Below, one piece after another: positions 10,401 through 21,500 of a stretch of DNA of 64,000 bases. Under the pieces are notes generated by a model that was not told the DNA's origin, made no database searches, and worked only from the letters and a program-made list of their open reading frames with translations. This stretch comes from a virus. Location of the stretch: IMG/VR virus record IMGVR_UViG_3300027782_000047, positions 32,001 to 96,000 of that record. One strand, written 5' to 3'. Position numbers and translations under genes: made by a program. Each line of letters starts with the position of its first letter. Within the stretch, counting starts at the first letter, position 1.

Positions 10401-10765
10401 TTAATGTTGGTGATTTAATTCTTCTATCAAATGTTCATAGAAGATTACAGAACACGGTTAATGTTGTTACAGGATCAAATGTTTTGTTTGGATCATCTAA
10501 TAGCGTCAACTTCATAAATGACTTACAGGACGGAGATACAATATATCTTTCTACCGGAAATACAGTAATAATTAAAGAAGTTACCAATTCGTCTTTTGCT
10601 ATTCTTGATACCATAATTAATGTGACCTCAACTTCGGCGACTGTTAACTTGGTTTATACTGCTACTGTCAGGGCTAATTCCAGAAATGCAAATACTATTT
10701 TTGCGAGTAGCATATTTACATCAAACGGCAGCAATTTGAGCGCAACCATTCAAAAAGTTAGATAA
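7442..10765 (+). CDS. gp7: baseplate wedge initiator gp7-like, 1107 aa
   Basis: N-terminal SQLPDFVRSDYPKFVTFLEKYYEWLE and FY.SSGT..S.KFLFRALY; C-terminal LQD..KYHNFSY.IKS and VHPIG. Lies between gp6 and gp8. Confidence 0.8.
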   Translation: MENVRTSNLVSSQLPDFVRSDYPKFVTFLEKYYEWLETTNSVSYEIDALRNANDIDNSDDYYIQQLKKDLAPYFPQEIVTDKRLFLKLVTQFYRSSGTQESVKFLFRALYNENIEIYYPKEDILKASDGKWVLPLALRVDTDDNNIFNIAKTLITGETSKATALVEKVIQSVDRQLGITYTEIYVSNVQRLFTTGERITATYVDEATDLNVTVSGRLIGALSEIKINPLNRGLFYNGYDLDAIPSYPGDPVSIVGGLNPIANTPIGAVAYVGVTTKGGITDIIVEKGGFGFRDPAINLNSSIIDFKGGFDGVAFGTEAKATINLLDTSISRKINVSNMAVDTLDGYFSKISRVLTSVSIVGSNGYFSTTTSYSGNLTVGNAVTSYGTLTGTGTITDYSSTTLTGVVIEGSNGYFSTTSSPSTITVGDPVSISGTLTGTGTIYNYSSGTTYYIKTKNSNYFSLSESIGGAAITSLNGTTTGLTFQTGKLYYVKTQAGGPGANFFSLSATVGGAAISTTSGTTTGLTITANKETQTISSLSTFDEFPVFPISFVAVDGSGGGYRQKPSVETYSFYNEDYPDSEVCTARTIVKGTSLINDSSQNLTNSFEPGDYVRLFIKNKFEAIREVLYVDTNNLYFAEAFRNDLTNVSVYKILRNDLYKIGSLGRITVNNGGTGYANGDILIFTGGSGYGANGYVNVSSGVITSVTINNHSSNAFVIGGEGYTRDSLPSINVQSVSGTSANLTVAQITGDGEQYGLTTSRIGAITSLRIESFGYDYVEAPTVSLRNADIVLRDVTLGQLFVANTSVYQGTSNSSSTFSATVDSYNPGTTTLRIFNYRGVFDETKTIKSDDGTVTANVTSFLFYGDGNAKATAKFENGLIRYPGIYLNTDGQISADKKLQDGEKYHNFSYIIKSQTDYSKFKKPLNDIVHPIGTKTFITKIDDNDEMITDVNTSTFITITSLADTYNIANGSNKIITTNASANLQSTVNVGDLILLSNVHRRLQNTVNVVTGSNVLFGSSNSVNFINDLQDGDTIYLSTGNTVIIKEVTNSSFAILDTIINVTSTSATVNLVYTATVRANSRNANTIFASSIFTSNGSNLSATIQKVR
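8501..9022 (+). repeat. nested internal duplication in gp7 (A-A'-B'-B)
   Basis: Two copies of GSNGYFSTT...GTLTGTGTI..YSS are followed by two copies of YY.KT...FSLS...GGAAI....GTTTGLT. Confidence 0.75.
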
Positions 10766-10768
10766 ATA
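10761..10768 (+). promoter_or_regulatory. T4-type late promoter GATAAATA
   Basis: 5 nt upstream of the gp8 ATG. Confidence 0.5.
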
Positions 10769-10773
10769 GAAAC

Positions 10774-12102
10774 ATGTCAGCACTCTTAACTAAAAATTTC
10801 AAAATATTGATGGCCCAGCAAGTTTATAACTTGTTGGACTTGGGCGCAAACGCATATTTGCCAGCCGAAAGAAAATCATATCTGTATGCATTTTTCGGTA
10901 GACACTTACCTTGGAATTCTGGTGTAGAAGTGGAGGGAACTCCATCTGAAACCGAAGAAGCTATAAACAACTACTATAAACGTGGTGTTTTAGCTAAACA
11001 ATTATCATATGATAACGCATCTCTTGTTGTTCCTAGAATTAACTGGACTGCCGGAACAGTATACAACACGTATGATGCAAATGCAAATTTTTATATTTTA
11101 AATTCAAAAGATCAAGTTTTTAAGTGTTTATCAAATGTGTCAACTGGCACAGTATCCACACAAGAACCAGAGTTGACACTTTCTACAACATCCTTAGAAG
11201 AGCCATATGTAGAGACTTCCGACTTTTACAAGTGGAAATATATGTATACACTAACATCTTTACAAAAACAAAAGTTTTTGACTGATGATTGGATGCCAGT
11301 TTCTACAAACAAATTTGTACGAGCAGCCGCTGAACCCGGCTCAATTGATATTGTGACAGTAACTAATACGGGTAATAATTACACCAGCGGTCCCGTGCAG
11401 AATATTATTACAATTGAAGGAAATGGAACTGGCGCAATATTAAAAGCAAATGTGTCTGATGGAAAAGTAAGAAATGTAATTATACAAAATCGTGGAAATT
11501 ATTACACTTACGCCAATTTAACTTTTACTGATGTTAGTGGCGGCATAGGAACTTTGGCGACTGCTACAGTTTCAATTGCTCCACACGATGGTCATGGATA
11601 TTCACCAGTTCATGAATTAGGCGCATCTACTATTTTATTTAATGTAGAATTTGAACAAACCGAAGGTGGAGCATTACCAGTCGATAATGATTTCCGAGAA
11701 GTAGTGTTATTAAGAAATCCATATGTATACAACACTACAACATTAGCAACCGCAAAAACTTATACCTTATACACTCTCGTTAAAGTTTCACCGGGTGTTG
11801 GTGACTTCAATAACGATGAAGTTGTTTATCAAGGAGCAACATACGGCGATGCAACATTTACCGCTGATGTTATTTCTTTTGGTGAAACATCAAACTTATT
11901 ATACCTAAATAATGTTCGCGGAACATTACAAACAAATCAGGCGATTAGAGGCTTACAAACAGGCGCTATTCGTATCGTAAATTCCATAACAAATCCAACT
12001 CTTGATTTGTACTCTGGAAAGATATTATACATATCAGATAAACTGCCAATTACAAGAGACCCAGCCCAAACCGAACGAATTCGTTTCATTTTGAGTTTCT
12101 AA
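10774..12102 (+). CDS. gp8: baseplate wedge subunit gp8
   Basis: VVPRINWT.G..Y, FYILNS..QVFKCL.N, D.YKWKYMYT, GHG....ELGA and ITR...Q.E.I..IL.F motifs. Confidence 0.9.
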   Translation: MSALLTKNFKILMAQQVYNLLDLGANAYLPAERKSYLYAFFGRHLPWNSGVEVEGTPSETEEAINNYYKRGVLAKQLSYDNASLVVPRINWTAGTVYNTYDANANFYILNSKDQVFKCLSNVSTGTVSTQEPELTLSTTSLEEPYVETSDFYKWKYMYTLTSLQKQKFLTDDWMPVSTNKFVRAAAEPGSIDIVTVTNTGNNYTSGPVQNIITIEGNGTGAILKANVSDGKVRNVIIQNRGNYYTYANLTFTDVSGGIGTLATATVSIAPHDGHGYSPVHELGASTILFNVEFEQTEGGALPVDNDFREVVLLRNPYVYNTTTLATAKTYTLYTLVKVSPGVGDFNNDEVVYQGATYGDATFTADVISFGETSNLLYLNNVRGTLQTNQAIRGLQTGAIRIVNSITNPTLDLYSGKILYISDKLPITRDPAQTERIRFILSF

Positions 12103-12113
12103 ACGAGGAATAA

Positions 12114-15100
12114 ATGACTGCTACTTTTAACTACGATCCATACTATGATGATTTTGATGAAGATAAAAACTTCATGCGTGTTTTGTTTCGTCCTGGATAT
12201 TCGGTTCAAGCCCGTGAATTGACGCAATTACAAACTATATTAGCAAATCAAATTGAAAAATTTGGCAACCACATTTTTAAGAGTGGTAGTCCAATTGTCG
12301 GTGGTAAAGTTTCATTAGACAACAAAGCAAATTATATTGTTTTATCGGCTCAATATAATAGCTTAGACGTTGATGCTACACAATTTTTAAACAAGACTGT
12401 TGTTTCATATAACTCATCAAAAATAATTAGAGCAAGAGTTATTGCAATTGACACATCAACAGCAAATCCCATTCTTATTCTAAAGTATCTAAGCGGCGAA
12501 AGATTTTCGGAATCAGATGAAATTCGTGTTTATGGCCAAGAAATTTATGCACAATTAAGATCCACCGCGGCTGTTGGTGGTTCTTTCGTTGCTAAATTAC
12601 AAGAAGGTATATACTACTTTAAAGGACAATTTGTAAAAGTAGTTCCTCAATATTTGGTTATTGAAATTTTTTATCGCATAGGATATAATACAACAACAAT
12701 TAATGCAAATCCATCATATAAAATTGGTATTGAATTTACAGAAACTATTGTTGATGAAGTTGACGATACTTCTTTATTGGATCCAGCTCAAGGCGCATTT
12801 AACTATCAAGCACCAGGAGCCGAGCGTTTTGCAATTCAAACTTCACTGTCAAAGAGAACATTAGATTCTGCTGATATTTCAACATTCTTTGAAATTGTTC
12901 GTCTTGTTAATGGTATAAAAACAAAAGAAATTGAATATCCAATTTATAGCGAAATTGAAAAAACTTTAGCTCGCCGAACACATGATGAATCTGGAAACTA
13001 TACCGTAGATCCATTTGTTATTTCTCTTGAAGAAGGAGATACAGCTAATGGTAAGTTTAGCGTAGTCTTGGATCCGGGTAAAGCATATGTAAGTGGATAC
13101 GAATTTGAAACTATTGCTCCAACAATTATTTCAGTTGATAGAGCAAGAGATGTTTCAAATGTTTCAAGTTTTGATTTACCAACAAACTATGAAAGTAGTT
13201 TGGTTCTAGCAAACGTTCGTGGCACACTTGATATTACATCATTCCCATCTTTGGATATTCATTCCGTTCCACTGACAAACATAAGTTTGTCCACAACCGC
13301 AACATATAATTCTACCAAAATTGGTACCATTTATGCAAACATGATTCGCTACAATGATTCAACACTTTCATCAAATGGAAATAGTCACAGTCATATAGTG
13401 AATACGTTTGGAGCAAACACTACTCCCATCACAGGAACATTGGCCGCATCAGGTTCATCTGCTACTACAATTGCAATTCCTGCCGCATTCAATGCTGGTT
13501 TGCCATTGAATGCTTATGCAAACATGTATTTTCAAATTACCAATGGTGCTGGCGCTTCATTGTCGCCAATTCTAATTACTAGTTCAAATACCGTAACTCT
13601 CAATTTAGCATCATCATTGAATTTTATTCCAGGTTCAAACACATTCACTATTCAGTCCGATATTAAAAATGCAGAATCGTTAGTTCAAAATGGTGGATCA
13701 TATATTCAATTTGGTGGTAATATTGATGTAGATTCAAAAAATCCAACTACAGGATTTGTATCTATCAGTGAACCAGCAAGAACAAGTCTTGTTTTTGAAA
13801 CTCCATATGAAGCTATTAAAGCTAATACAATTAGCAATATGGACTTTCAAGTTAGAAAACTATATCAGGGAACAACGGTAGGCTCTAGCGGTGTATTTAC
13901 TGTGACCGCTTCTGGCACAGATACGTTCTCGTTCTCATCTGGAGTAGATCCACTTAGCAATTCGCAGATTCAAGACAATATAATTTGTTTTGTTCGTTCT
14001 GATAGTGCAAGTAATACTCAGTATGGTATTCAACCTAATACAGTTATTAGTTTATCACAATCTGGTTTTGCTGTTACTCCGATATCAGCATCTCAGTTTT
14101 CAATTAATTTGAAAGCTACTCAAACAATCAAAGTTGATTTGCTTATAAAAACAAAAATTAATAACGCCGAAGATGGTACAAACGGTGTTACCAAGCGTAA
14201 ACAATTAATACCAATTACGGGCGGAACAGATTTACACTCATTGATTCCTTATGAAATGAATACTGCTGGAACTCAAGGAACAACTGTTCTATATTCAGCA
14301 AGTACATCTGGCGAAGTAACATATTTTGCTGGTGGTGCGGTATTCAAAAGTATCGGCGCAACCAACTTTGATAACGGTACAGTATTAACAGATTTGAGGA
14401 CACCAGGAAAAGCAGTTAGCTTGCAAGTTCCGGATGTATATGAAATCATTGGCATTTATGATTCTAAAAATACAGGATCAAACGTTACCTCTGCTATGTT
14501 GACAACCGCAACGAATGATATTACATCATACTATGAGTTTGACAATGGTCAACGCAAAACACATTATGACCATGCAACAATTAAATTGAAACGTGGTTAT
14601 TCTGCACCAGTTGGAAAAGTATTTGTGCAATATAGGTACTTCAAAAGTTTGTCTGGATTTGCCGGACTATTTGATGTTGATTCATACTCAAAAGGCTCAA
14701 ACATCTCTTATGATGAAATATCTAAGTTTGATAATAAAGAAGATAAAAAACTTATTCCTCTAAGAGGCGCATTTGACTTTAGACCTTACAGAGCAATTGG
14801 TGGAACATCATTATCTGGAGCATTGAATCCAGAACCACTAGAAAACATCACGATGAATTATGATTACTACTTGCCAAGAATTGACCAAGTGGTAGTTAAA
14901 TCTTCTAGAGAAATTGGAGTGTTGAAGGGACAATCAGCCGTTGTTCCAGTTCCACCTCCAGTTGATAAAAAAGATATGTTGATTTATACTTTGTATATTC
15001 CAGCATATACCGAAAGTGTTAAAGATATCCGCGCAGACTTTAAGAATCATCGCAGATATACGATGAGTGACATTCAGGCGTTTGAGGATAGAATTCGTGG

Positions 15101-18100
15101 ACTAGAGTACTATGTTGCATTGACAACATTGGAAAAGGATGCAGCCTCAACAAAAATTCTGGACAACAATGGTCTTGAACGCTCAAAATATGGTATTCTT
15201 GTTGATAACTTCACATCAAAAGATTCACAAGCAACATTCTCAGATGCAGATTATGATAACAGAAACTTGATTGATGCTGGAAGATTGTATCCAGCTTCTC
15301 TAATGAGAACTGTTGCATTGGAAGCAAATACATCATTAAGCACCGGTGCAACAAAAGTTGTTGGAACTGGTACCAAAAAAGCATTGATGCTTTCATACAC
15401 AACTTCTGAATTTGCAAAGCAACCTTATGCAACAAAATCTTTAGCGATTGCTGATGCAACATTTGCTAACTTTAAAGGTAAAACAAAACTGTTCCCAGAA
15501 TTTACTGGAGATGTTGATACTGGTTCTACAGCGAGAGTTACACTAAATTCAACTCAGGGCATTGATAATGCTTTCAACTTTATCAATGATGCATTTAAGT
15601 ATGTTGCTGACAATAATAAACAATGGGCTGATGATAGAAATAGTCCCTTTGCTCAAATTGCTGATAGTAAATGGTATAAAACTTTAAGAGAAACAGATTA
15701 TACTAAACAAACAACCATACATTTAGGCGGAAGAACTTTCGGTCAATATGCAGCCGTTAATGACAACACTTATTTGACTAAGGGCGCAGAACTAAATCAG
15801 AAACAAATTTCCACATCAACTTCACAAGTGGACGTTGGAACTTTTGTTACAGATTTGGCTATTCAACCATACATGAAGTCAAAGCAAATTCTTTTTGCTA
15901 CCGAAGGCATGAGACCTTCAACAGTAATGTATTCTTTCTTTGACGAAACTGATGTTAACAAATATATTGTAGTGCCAAACAAAGTTACTTTGAATGCTAA
16001 TACAACTTTGATTTCTGGCGAATCAGTTCTTACAGCAAACACTATTGCAGACTTGACCGCAAACTTAGTAAGTCTATTATCTGGTGGAAATTCTTTTGAT
16101 GCTGGATTTGTTGTTGTAAGTGAGATTGGATCTGCTAATGTCTCTATTATTAATGAAACAGGTAAACCTCTTTCAGGTAAATATGTTTATGGACTAGACA
16201 GCGGTAAATATTACACAGTAAGTTCCGTAAATGACCATCGTTCCGGTGTAACAAGAGGCGTTAGTGCTTCAACGATTACTCTTGCTTCCGATGCGCCAGC
16301 TTACAGCATAGTTGGAAACACGATTACTCTTATTCGTTCAACTTCATCGTTTGAAGGAGTGGGAGCACAATTTACAGTAACATCGTATGATACTAGCACA
16401 AAGGTTGCTACCGTAAGTGGAGCAAGTGCATATGCTGGTGGAACATATGTCTATAGTTTTGGAACAAATAGAACGAACACTTTGGGACAAGTTGGCGGTG
16501 CATTCTATATGCCAAAAGCAACGTTTCGTTCGGGTGAAAGAAACTTCCGCGTTACTGAATCTTTTAATAATACATATGACGCAGATTCAATTTCGTTCTC
16601 AGATAAAACATACAACGCAACTGGTCTAACAGTAAGCAAAACAACTCTTGTTGATACTGTATTGAATGTTGATGTTGATAGAAAAATTGTTGGCACACAA
16701 ACTTCCGACAGATTGATTGGTTCTGTAGCATCTGGCCAAGAATTTTTATATGCGTGGTCTACTACCGATCCACTTGCACAAACATTCTTTGTTGATCCTG
16801 TAGTATATCCACAAGGTTTGTTCTTAAGTAGTGTTGATTTATTCTTTAAAGCAAAAGATGATGGCAATTTGCCAGTGACAATGCAAATTCGTCCAACGGT
16901 AAATGGATTCCCATCTTCTGATTACTGGTATCCAGAATCTGTTGTCACCAAGTATCCTTCTCAAATCAATGTTTCTGAAACGCCGAGTGTTGCTGATTCA
17001 AGCACATCTACTAATTTTGAATTTAGTTTCCCTGTCTATTTAAAGCCGGGTCTATACGCATTAATTGTTTTGGCTGATACTCAAGATTATATTGTTTGGG
17101 AAGCTGAAAAGGGTAGTTCAACTACCAACAATGAATATGTGGATAAACAACCATATATGGGAACTTTATATAAATCACAAAATACCGCTGAATGGACTCC
17201 TTTTATTAATGAAGATTTGATGTTTAGGTTAAATCGTTGCGTTTTTACAACGAACACTAATGCAACATATTACCTAAGAAATCAAGCACTACCTACTAGC
17301 ACAAACTATGACAAAATAAGATTGATTACAAATTCAATTGTACCAGATGCAAAGGTTACATCGTTGACGCATAGCATCGCAACGACTACGATTTCGGGCG
17401 CAAAAGAATCTTCATTTAGAACATTGTCTCCAGGACAAACATATGATTTTTCCGCTGATGATTTGTATCAAGTTGGTTATCGCAGAAAGAAAATGTTCAA
17501 TGCAAATGATTTTACATTGAAACTTGATATGACAACAACAAGTGATGCTGTGTCGCCAATCTTCTCATTAGAATCTGCTTATGTTAACATGTGGGAAAAC
17601 TATATTGACAATGCAGAAATTAATTCTGAAGACTTCACTATCACTGCTCCCGGCAGAGGATACAATAACGCAAACTCAATTATTATCACAAGTTCATCTG
17701 GTACAGGAGCAAATGCAAACGTAACTGTTGATGGTAATGGTAATGTTATTGCAATTTATGTTACATCGCCAGGATCAGGCTATTTGGATGACTTTACTAT
17801 TTCATATCCAGATACCGGCAATTCAACCACAGTTACATCTAATGCAGTTATTGAATTGAATAGTGAATATGATTCTTCGGGTGGTCCATGTCTAGCACGG
17901 TACATCACTAAGCCAGTTAAGTTAGCTGATGGATATGATGCTGGTGATTTGCGTGTATTCCTTGGCGCAAACAAACCCGGATCTTCGGAAGTTTCTGTAT
18001 TCTACAAAGTATTGTCCGACAGCGATGCAACACCATTTAAAGATAGACCATATCAAAAAATGGTTTGTATTAATCCTACTGTAACATCATCGCCCGATAA

Positions 18101-18287
18101 TGAAACCTTCCGCGATTATGAGTTTCGCCCATCGGCTACAACAAATGCAATCACATACGCTGGAACAAATGGAGTAACATATAATTCATTTAAAACTTTT
18201 GCTATTAAAATTGTATTGACTTCTAGTGATCCAGCGATTGTTCCAAGTGTTAAAGACTTGCGTATCATCGCAACTCCAGCCGAGTAA
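12114..18287 (+). CDS. large virion structural protein, VrlC / DUF4815-like, 2057 aa
   Basis: N-terminal PYYDDFDEDKNF.RVLFRPGYSVQARELTQLQ, LARRT.DESGNY, DPLAQTFFV, and C-terminal FKTFAIKIVL...P.VKDLRIIA. Confidence 0.85.
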   Translation: MTATFNYDPYYDDFDEDKNFMRVLFRPGYSVQARELTQLQTILANQIEKFGNHIFKSGSPIVGGKVSLDNKANYIVLSAQYNSLDVDATQFLNKTVVSYNSSKIIRARVIAIDTSTANPILILKYLSGERFSESDEIRVYGQEIYAQLRSTAAVGGSFVAKLQEGIYYFKGQFVKVVPQYLVIEIFYRIGYNTTTINANPSYKIGIEFTETIVDEVDDTSLLDPAQGAFNYQAPGAERFAIQTSLSKRTLDSADISTFFEIVRLVNGIKTKEIEYPIYSEIEKTLARRTHDESGNYTVDPFVISLEEGDTANGKFSVVLDPGKAYVSGYEFETIAPTIISVDRARDVSNVSSFDLPTNYESSLVLANVRGTLDITSFPSLDIHSVPLTNISLSTTATYNSTKIGTIYANMIRYNDSTLSSNGNSHSHIVNTFGANTTPITGTLAASGSSATTIAIPAAFNAGLPLNAYANMYFQITNGAGASLSPILITSSNTVTLNLASSLNFIPGSNTFTIQSDIKNAESLVQNGGSYIQFGGNIDVDSKNPTTGFVSISEPARTSLVFETPYEAIKANTISNMDFQVRKLYQGTTVGSSGVFTVTASGTDTFSFSSGVDPLSNSQIQDNIICFVRSDSASNTQYGIQPNTVISLSQSGFAVTPISASQFSINLKATQTIKVDLLIKTKINNAEDGTNGVTKRKQLIPITGGTDLHSLIPYEMNTAGTQGTTVLYSASTSGEVTYFAGGAVFKSIGATNFDNGTVLTDLRTPGKAVSLQVPDVYEIIGIYDSKNTGSNVTSAMLTTATNDITSYYEFDNGQRKTHYDHATIKLKRGYSAPVGKVFVQYRYFKSLSGFAGLFDVDSYSKGSNISYDEISKFDNKEDKKLIPLRGAFDFRPYRAIGGTSLSGALNPEPLENITMNYDYYLPRIDQVVVKSSREIGVLKGQSAVVPVPPPVDKKDMLIYTLYIPAYTESVKDIRADFKNHRRYTMSDIQAFEDRIRGLEYYVALTTLEKDAASTKILDNNGLERSKYGILVDNFTSKDSQATFSDADYDNRNLIDAGRLYPASLMRTVALEANTSLSTGATKVVGTGTKKALMLSYTTSEFAKQPYATKSLAIADATFANFKGKTKLFPEFTGDVDTGSTARVTLNSTQGIDNAFNFINDAFKYVADNNKQWADDRNSPFAQIADSKWYKTLRETDYTKQTTIHLGGRTFGQYAAVNDNTYLTKGAELNQKQISTSTSQVDVGTFVTDLAIQPYMKSKQILFATEGMRPSTVMYSFFDETDVNKYIVVPNKVTLNANTTLISGESVLTANTIADLTANLVSLLSGGNSFDAGFVVVSEIGSANVSIINETGKPLSGKYVYGLDSGKYYTVSSVNDHRSGVTRGVSASTITLASDAPAYSIVGNTITLIRSTSSFEGVGAQFTVTSYDTSTKVATVSGASAYAGGTYVYSFGTNRTNTLGQVGGAFYMPKATFRSGERNFRVTESFNNTYDADSISFSDKTYNATGLTVSKTTLVDTVLNVDVDRKIVGTQTSDRLIGSVASGQEFLYAWSTTDPLAQTFFVDPVVYPQGLFLSSVDLFFKAKDDGNLPVTMQIRPTVNGFPSSDYWYPESVVTKYPSQINVSETPSVADSSTSTNFEFSFPVYLKPGLYALIVLADTQDYIVWEAEKGSSTTNNEYVDKQPYMGTLYKSQNTAEWTPFINEDLMFRLNRCVFTTNTNATYYLRNQALPTSTNYDKIRLITNSIVPDAKVTSLTHSIATTTISGAKESSFRTLSPGQTYDFSADDLYQVGYRRKKMFNANDFTLKLDMTTTSDAVSPIFSLESAYVNMWENYIDNAEINSEDFTITAPGRGYNNANSIIITSSSGTGANANVTVDGNGNVIAIYVTSPGSGYLDDFTISYPDTGNSTTVTSNAVIELNSEYDSSGGPCLARYITKPVKLADGYDAGDLRVFLGANKPGSSEVSVFYKVLSDSDATPFKDRPYQKMVCINPTVTSSPDNETFRDYEFRPSATTNAITYAGTNGVTYNSFKTFAIKIVLTSSDPAIVPSVKDLRIIATPAE

Positions 18288-18289
18288 TC

Positions 18290-18523
18290 ATGTTTGTGAA
18301 AGTTGAAGGTACCAATTTTATTAAAGATACTGGCACAAACGCCCTGTTGATGACTGGGCGGAATGCCTTGGCTGAAAATGAAGCGAGGAAAAAACTTGCT
18401 GATAGGATGAATGGCAAAAATAATGAGATAAATAACTTGAAGAATCAGGTAGAAGAACTATCTTCTGATATGAAGGAAATCAAGTCCCTACTAAACGCAT
18501 TGCTGAAACAGAGTAAAGAATAA
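18290..18523 (+). CDS. conserved small coiled-coil protein, 77 aa
   Basis: KVEG..F.KD..T.A motif and a C-terminal heptad EINNLK..V.EL..DM.EIKSLL, usual after the VrlC-like gene. Confidence 0.75.
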   Translation: MFVKVEGTNFIKDTGTNALLMTGRNALAENEARKKLADRMNGKNNEINNLKNQVEELSSDMKEIKSLLNALLKQSKE

Positions 18524-21500
18524 TGGCACTCAATAACATTACAAGAACAAATACAATTGATGAATGGCGCATTCAGACTAATTTGGCAGCCAATGCGCTT
18601 AATCAAATTGAGACTGGTAATTACAATAAAACTAACGGAACATTCACCATTTCTTCAAATGGTGCATTGTCTATTATCGCACAAGGAACTGCATTATCTG
18701 TTGCCAACGGTGCATTGTTTCAGAGTAATGTTTCTATTGGTAAAGAAATTGTTTTGGGTTCTGAAGTATCACAAACCGGCAATTTATTGGTTGGTAATGC
18801 AGTTTACATTTATGGTCAAGCAACCGCTCTTTATGTTGCGAATAATATAATTTCTAATGGTAGTATTGTTGTTCAAAATACAATTAAAACAAACAATATA
18901 ACAGCAAATTCAAATGTAGTTGTTGTTGGTACAGCAAACGTAGGATATCTAGGTGTAGCAAATAGTGGTTATGTTGGCACAACTTTAACTGTTGTTGGTA
19001 ACACAGCAGTGGGTAATTTGACAACAGCAAATTCTGTCTTTGCTGATAATGCTAGAATTACAACAAACATTGCTTTTGGTAGTTTACTACAGTCATATGC
19101 TAACGCTAATGCCTATGTGTCAAACACAGGTTCCGTTGTTGCTAACAATGCTAGATTCATTGCTAACACTTCTATTGGAGAAGAATTAACAACCATTACG
19201 GTGAATGCAACAAATGTTAGGGTAACAGCAAATGCTAATGCCGCACATTTCACAGCTTCACAATCGGTTGTTGCAGACACTGCTAGATTTGCAACGAATG
19301 TTGCTTTTGGTAGTTCGCTACAATCATATGCTAATGGAACTTCTTTTGTCGCAAATGGTGGATCTGTTGTTGCCAACACCGCTACAATTAATGCCAACAC
19401 TTCCGTCGGTGGGCATATTGTTGTAACAAACTCGGTTGTTTCGGACACTGCTAGATTTATAACTAATGTTGCTTTTGGCAGTTCACTAGAATCATATGCT
19501 AATGGAACTTCTTTTGTCGCAAATGGTGGATCTGTTGTTGCCAACACCGCTACAATTAATGCCAACACCAGTGTTGGTGGACATATTGTTGTAACAAACT
19601 CGGTTGTTTCGGACACTGCTAGATTTGCAACGAATGTTGCTTTTGGCAGTTCTTTACAATCATATGCTAATGGAACTTCTTTTGTCGCAAATGGTGGATC
19701 TGTTGTTGCTAATAATGCTAGAATTAACGTCAACACTTCTGTTGGTCAAGAATTAACTACAGTTACGGTTAACGCAACAAACTCAAGAGTTTCTGGAAAT
19801 GCTAATGCCGCACATTTTACTACTAGTGCTGGTGGTTCTGTTGTTGCAGATAGTTTAAGAATAACAAGCGCAACTCAATCTGCCAATATCAGCGGTAATG
19901 TTATTGCCGGAAATGTAAATACGCAGGGTATGGTATACGCTGGATCTATAGTATCCACTGGTATGTTAAAATCCTTTGATATGGAAGTAGATCAGGATCT
20001 TACTGTTAATCGTAATCTAACCGTAGATGGAAATTTTGTTCTGTCTGGTGATATTGTTTATGATACAGATAATTTTACCATTAGCACAGTAACTCCAGTA
20101 ACAACTACAGGTGCTGGTTATTTTGGTGTTTTTAGGGGAAATACAATTGGTGGTGTTTTTGGTCATAACGGCCTGGTAAATACTGACGCTAATGCATATA
20201 TTCGTTGGAGTGCATCTGCTAACAACTGGCAAATTCGTGATGTATTCAACCCTAGTATATCAACGTCATATTCTAAAATACTTACTGCAAATTTAATTAC
20301 TGTAAGCACTTCATCCGTAAGTAATAATGATTTTGCATCTTCATGGTTAATGAAAAACTATGTTGATAATGCAAATACAAATTTACAGAATTATATTGAT
20401 GTTGCTAACACCAGCATGAAAAGTTATGTTGACACAGCAAATACCAATTTAAAGAGTTATGTTGATACTGCAAATACAAATGTTGTTAGATATGTTAATA
20501 CACAAGTTACATCCAATGTTCTGAATTCTGGTGCCGCAGTTGTTGTCGCACAAAACTTTGCTACTGCGGTTGATGATTCTGATCCGGGCAATGGTAACTT
20601 TAAATTTAATAATGCAACGATTGCATCAGCAACTTTTGCATACATGGACAACTTGGACACATATGCACAAACAATTACTGGAATATTGTCCACATATGGC
20701 GATTCAACCAATGCAGTAAAAGGACATTTGAGATTCTCTGTCTTTGGTTCATCAACTACAAAATTTGCAGTTTTTGCTATTACATCATCAACAGCAGCCT
20801 CTGGTTACTATAAAGTTGGTCTGACTTATGTTTCTGGCGCAGGAACATTTAGCGGTGGCGATCTCGTTATGGTTCAATATTCTAGAGCGGGCAATTTGGG
20901 CGCACAGGGACCAACAGGAGCACAGGGACCAACAGGAGCACAAGGACCACAGGGACCTCAAGGACCACAGGGACCTCAAGGAACAAATGGTACAATAGGT
21001 GTTAATGGTGCACCGGGCGGACCTGGACCAACAGGACCGCAAGGACCAACAGGAGCGCAAGGTGCTCAAGGTGCTCAAGGCGCTCAAGGACCAACAGGAC
21101 CTCAAGGACCAACAGGAGCGCAAGGGCCACTTGGACCAACAGGACCTACAGGACCACTTGGACCAACAGGACCGCAAGGACCACTTGGACCTACAGGACC
21201 AACAGGACCACTTGGACCTACAGGACCACTTGGACCGACAGGACCAACAGGACCAACAGGACCACAAGGTCCAACTGGTGCCCAAGGTCCGACTGGTGCC
21301 CAAGGAGCCCAAGGCGCACAGGGACCATCAGGAACAATTACTAATACATCTTATCAAATGACTTCTCTTGGTGTTGGTACAGCAGCCTCGGGAACAACTG
21401 GTGAAATTCGTGCTACTGGTGCTATAACTGCTGGTTATTCTGACGATAGATTGAAAACAAGACTGGGTAATATTGAAAATTCTCTTATTAAAATTGCAGC

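Noticed and set aside
19113-19736. 207-aa minus-strand ORF
   Set aside because: It is the antisense shadow of the 168-bp tandem repeat in the fibre gene.
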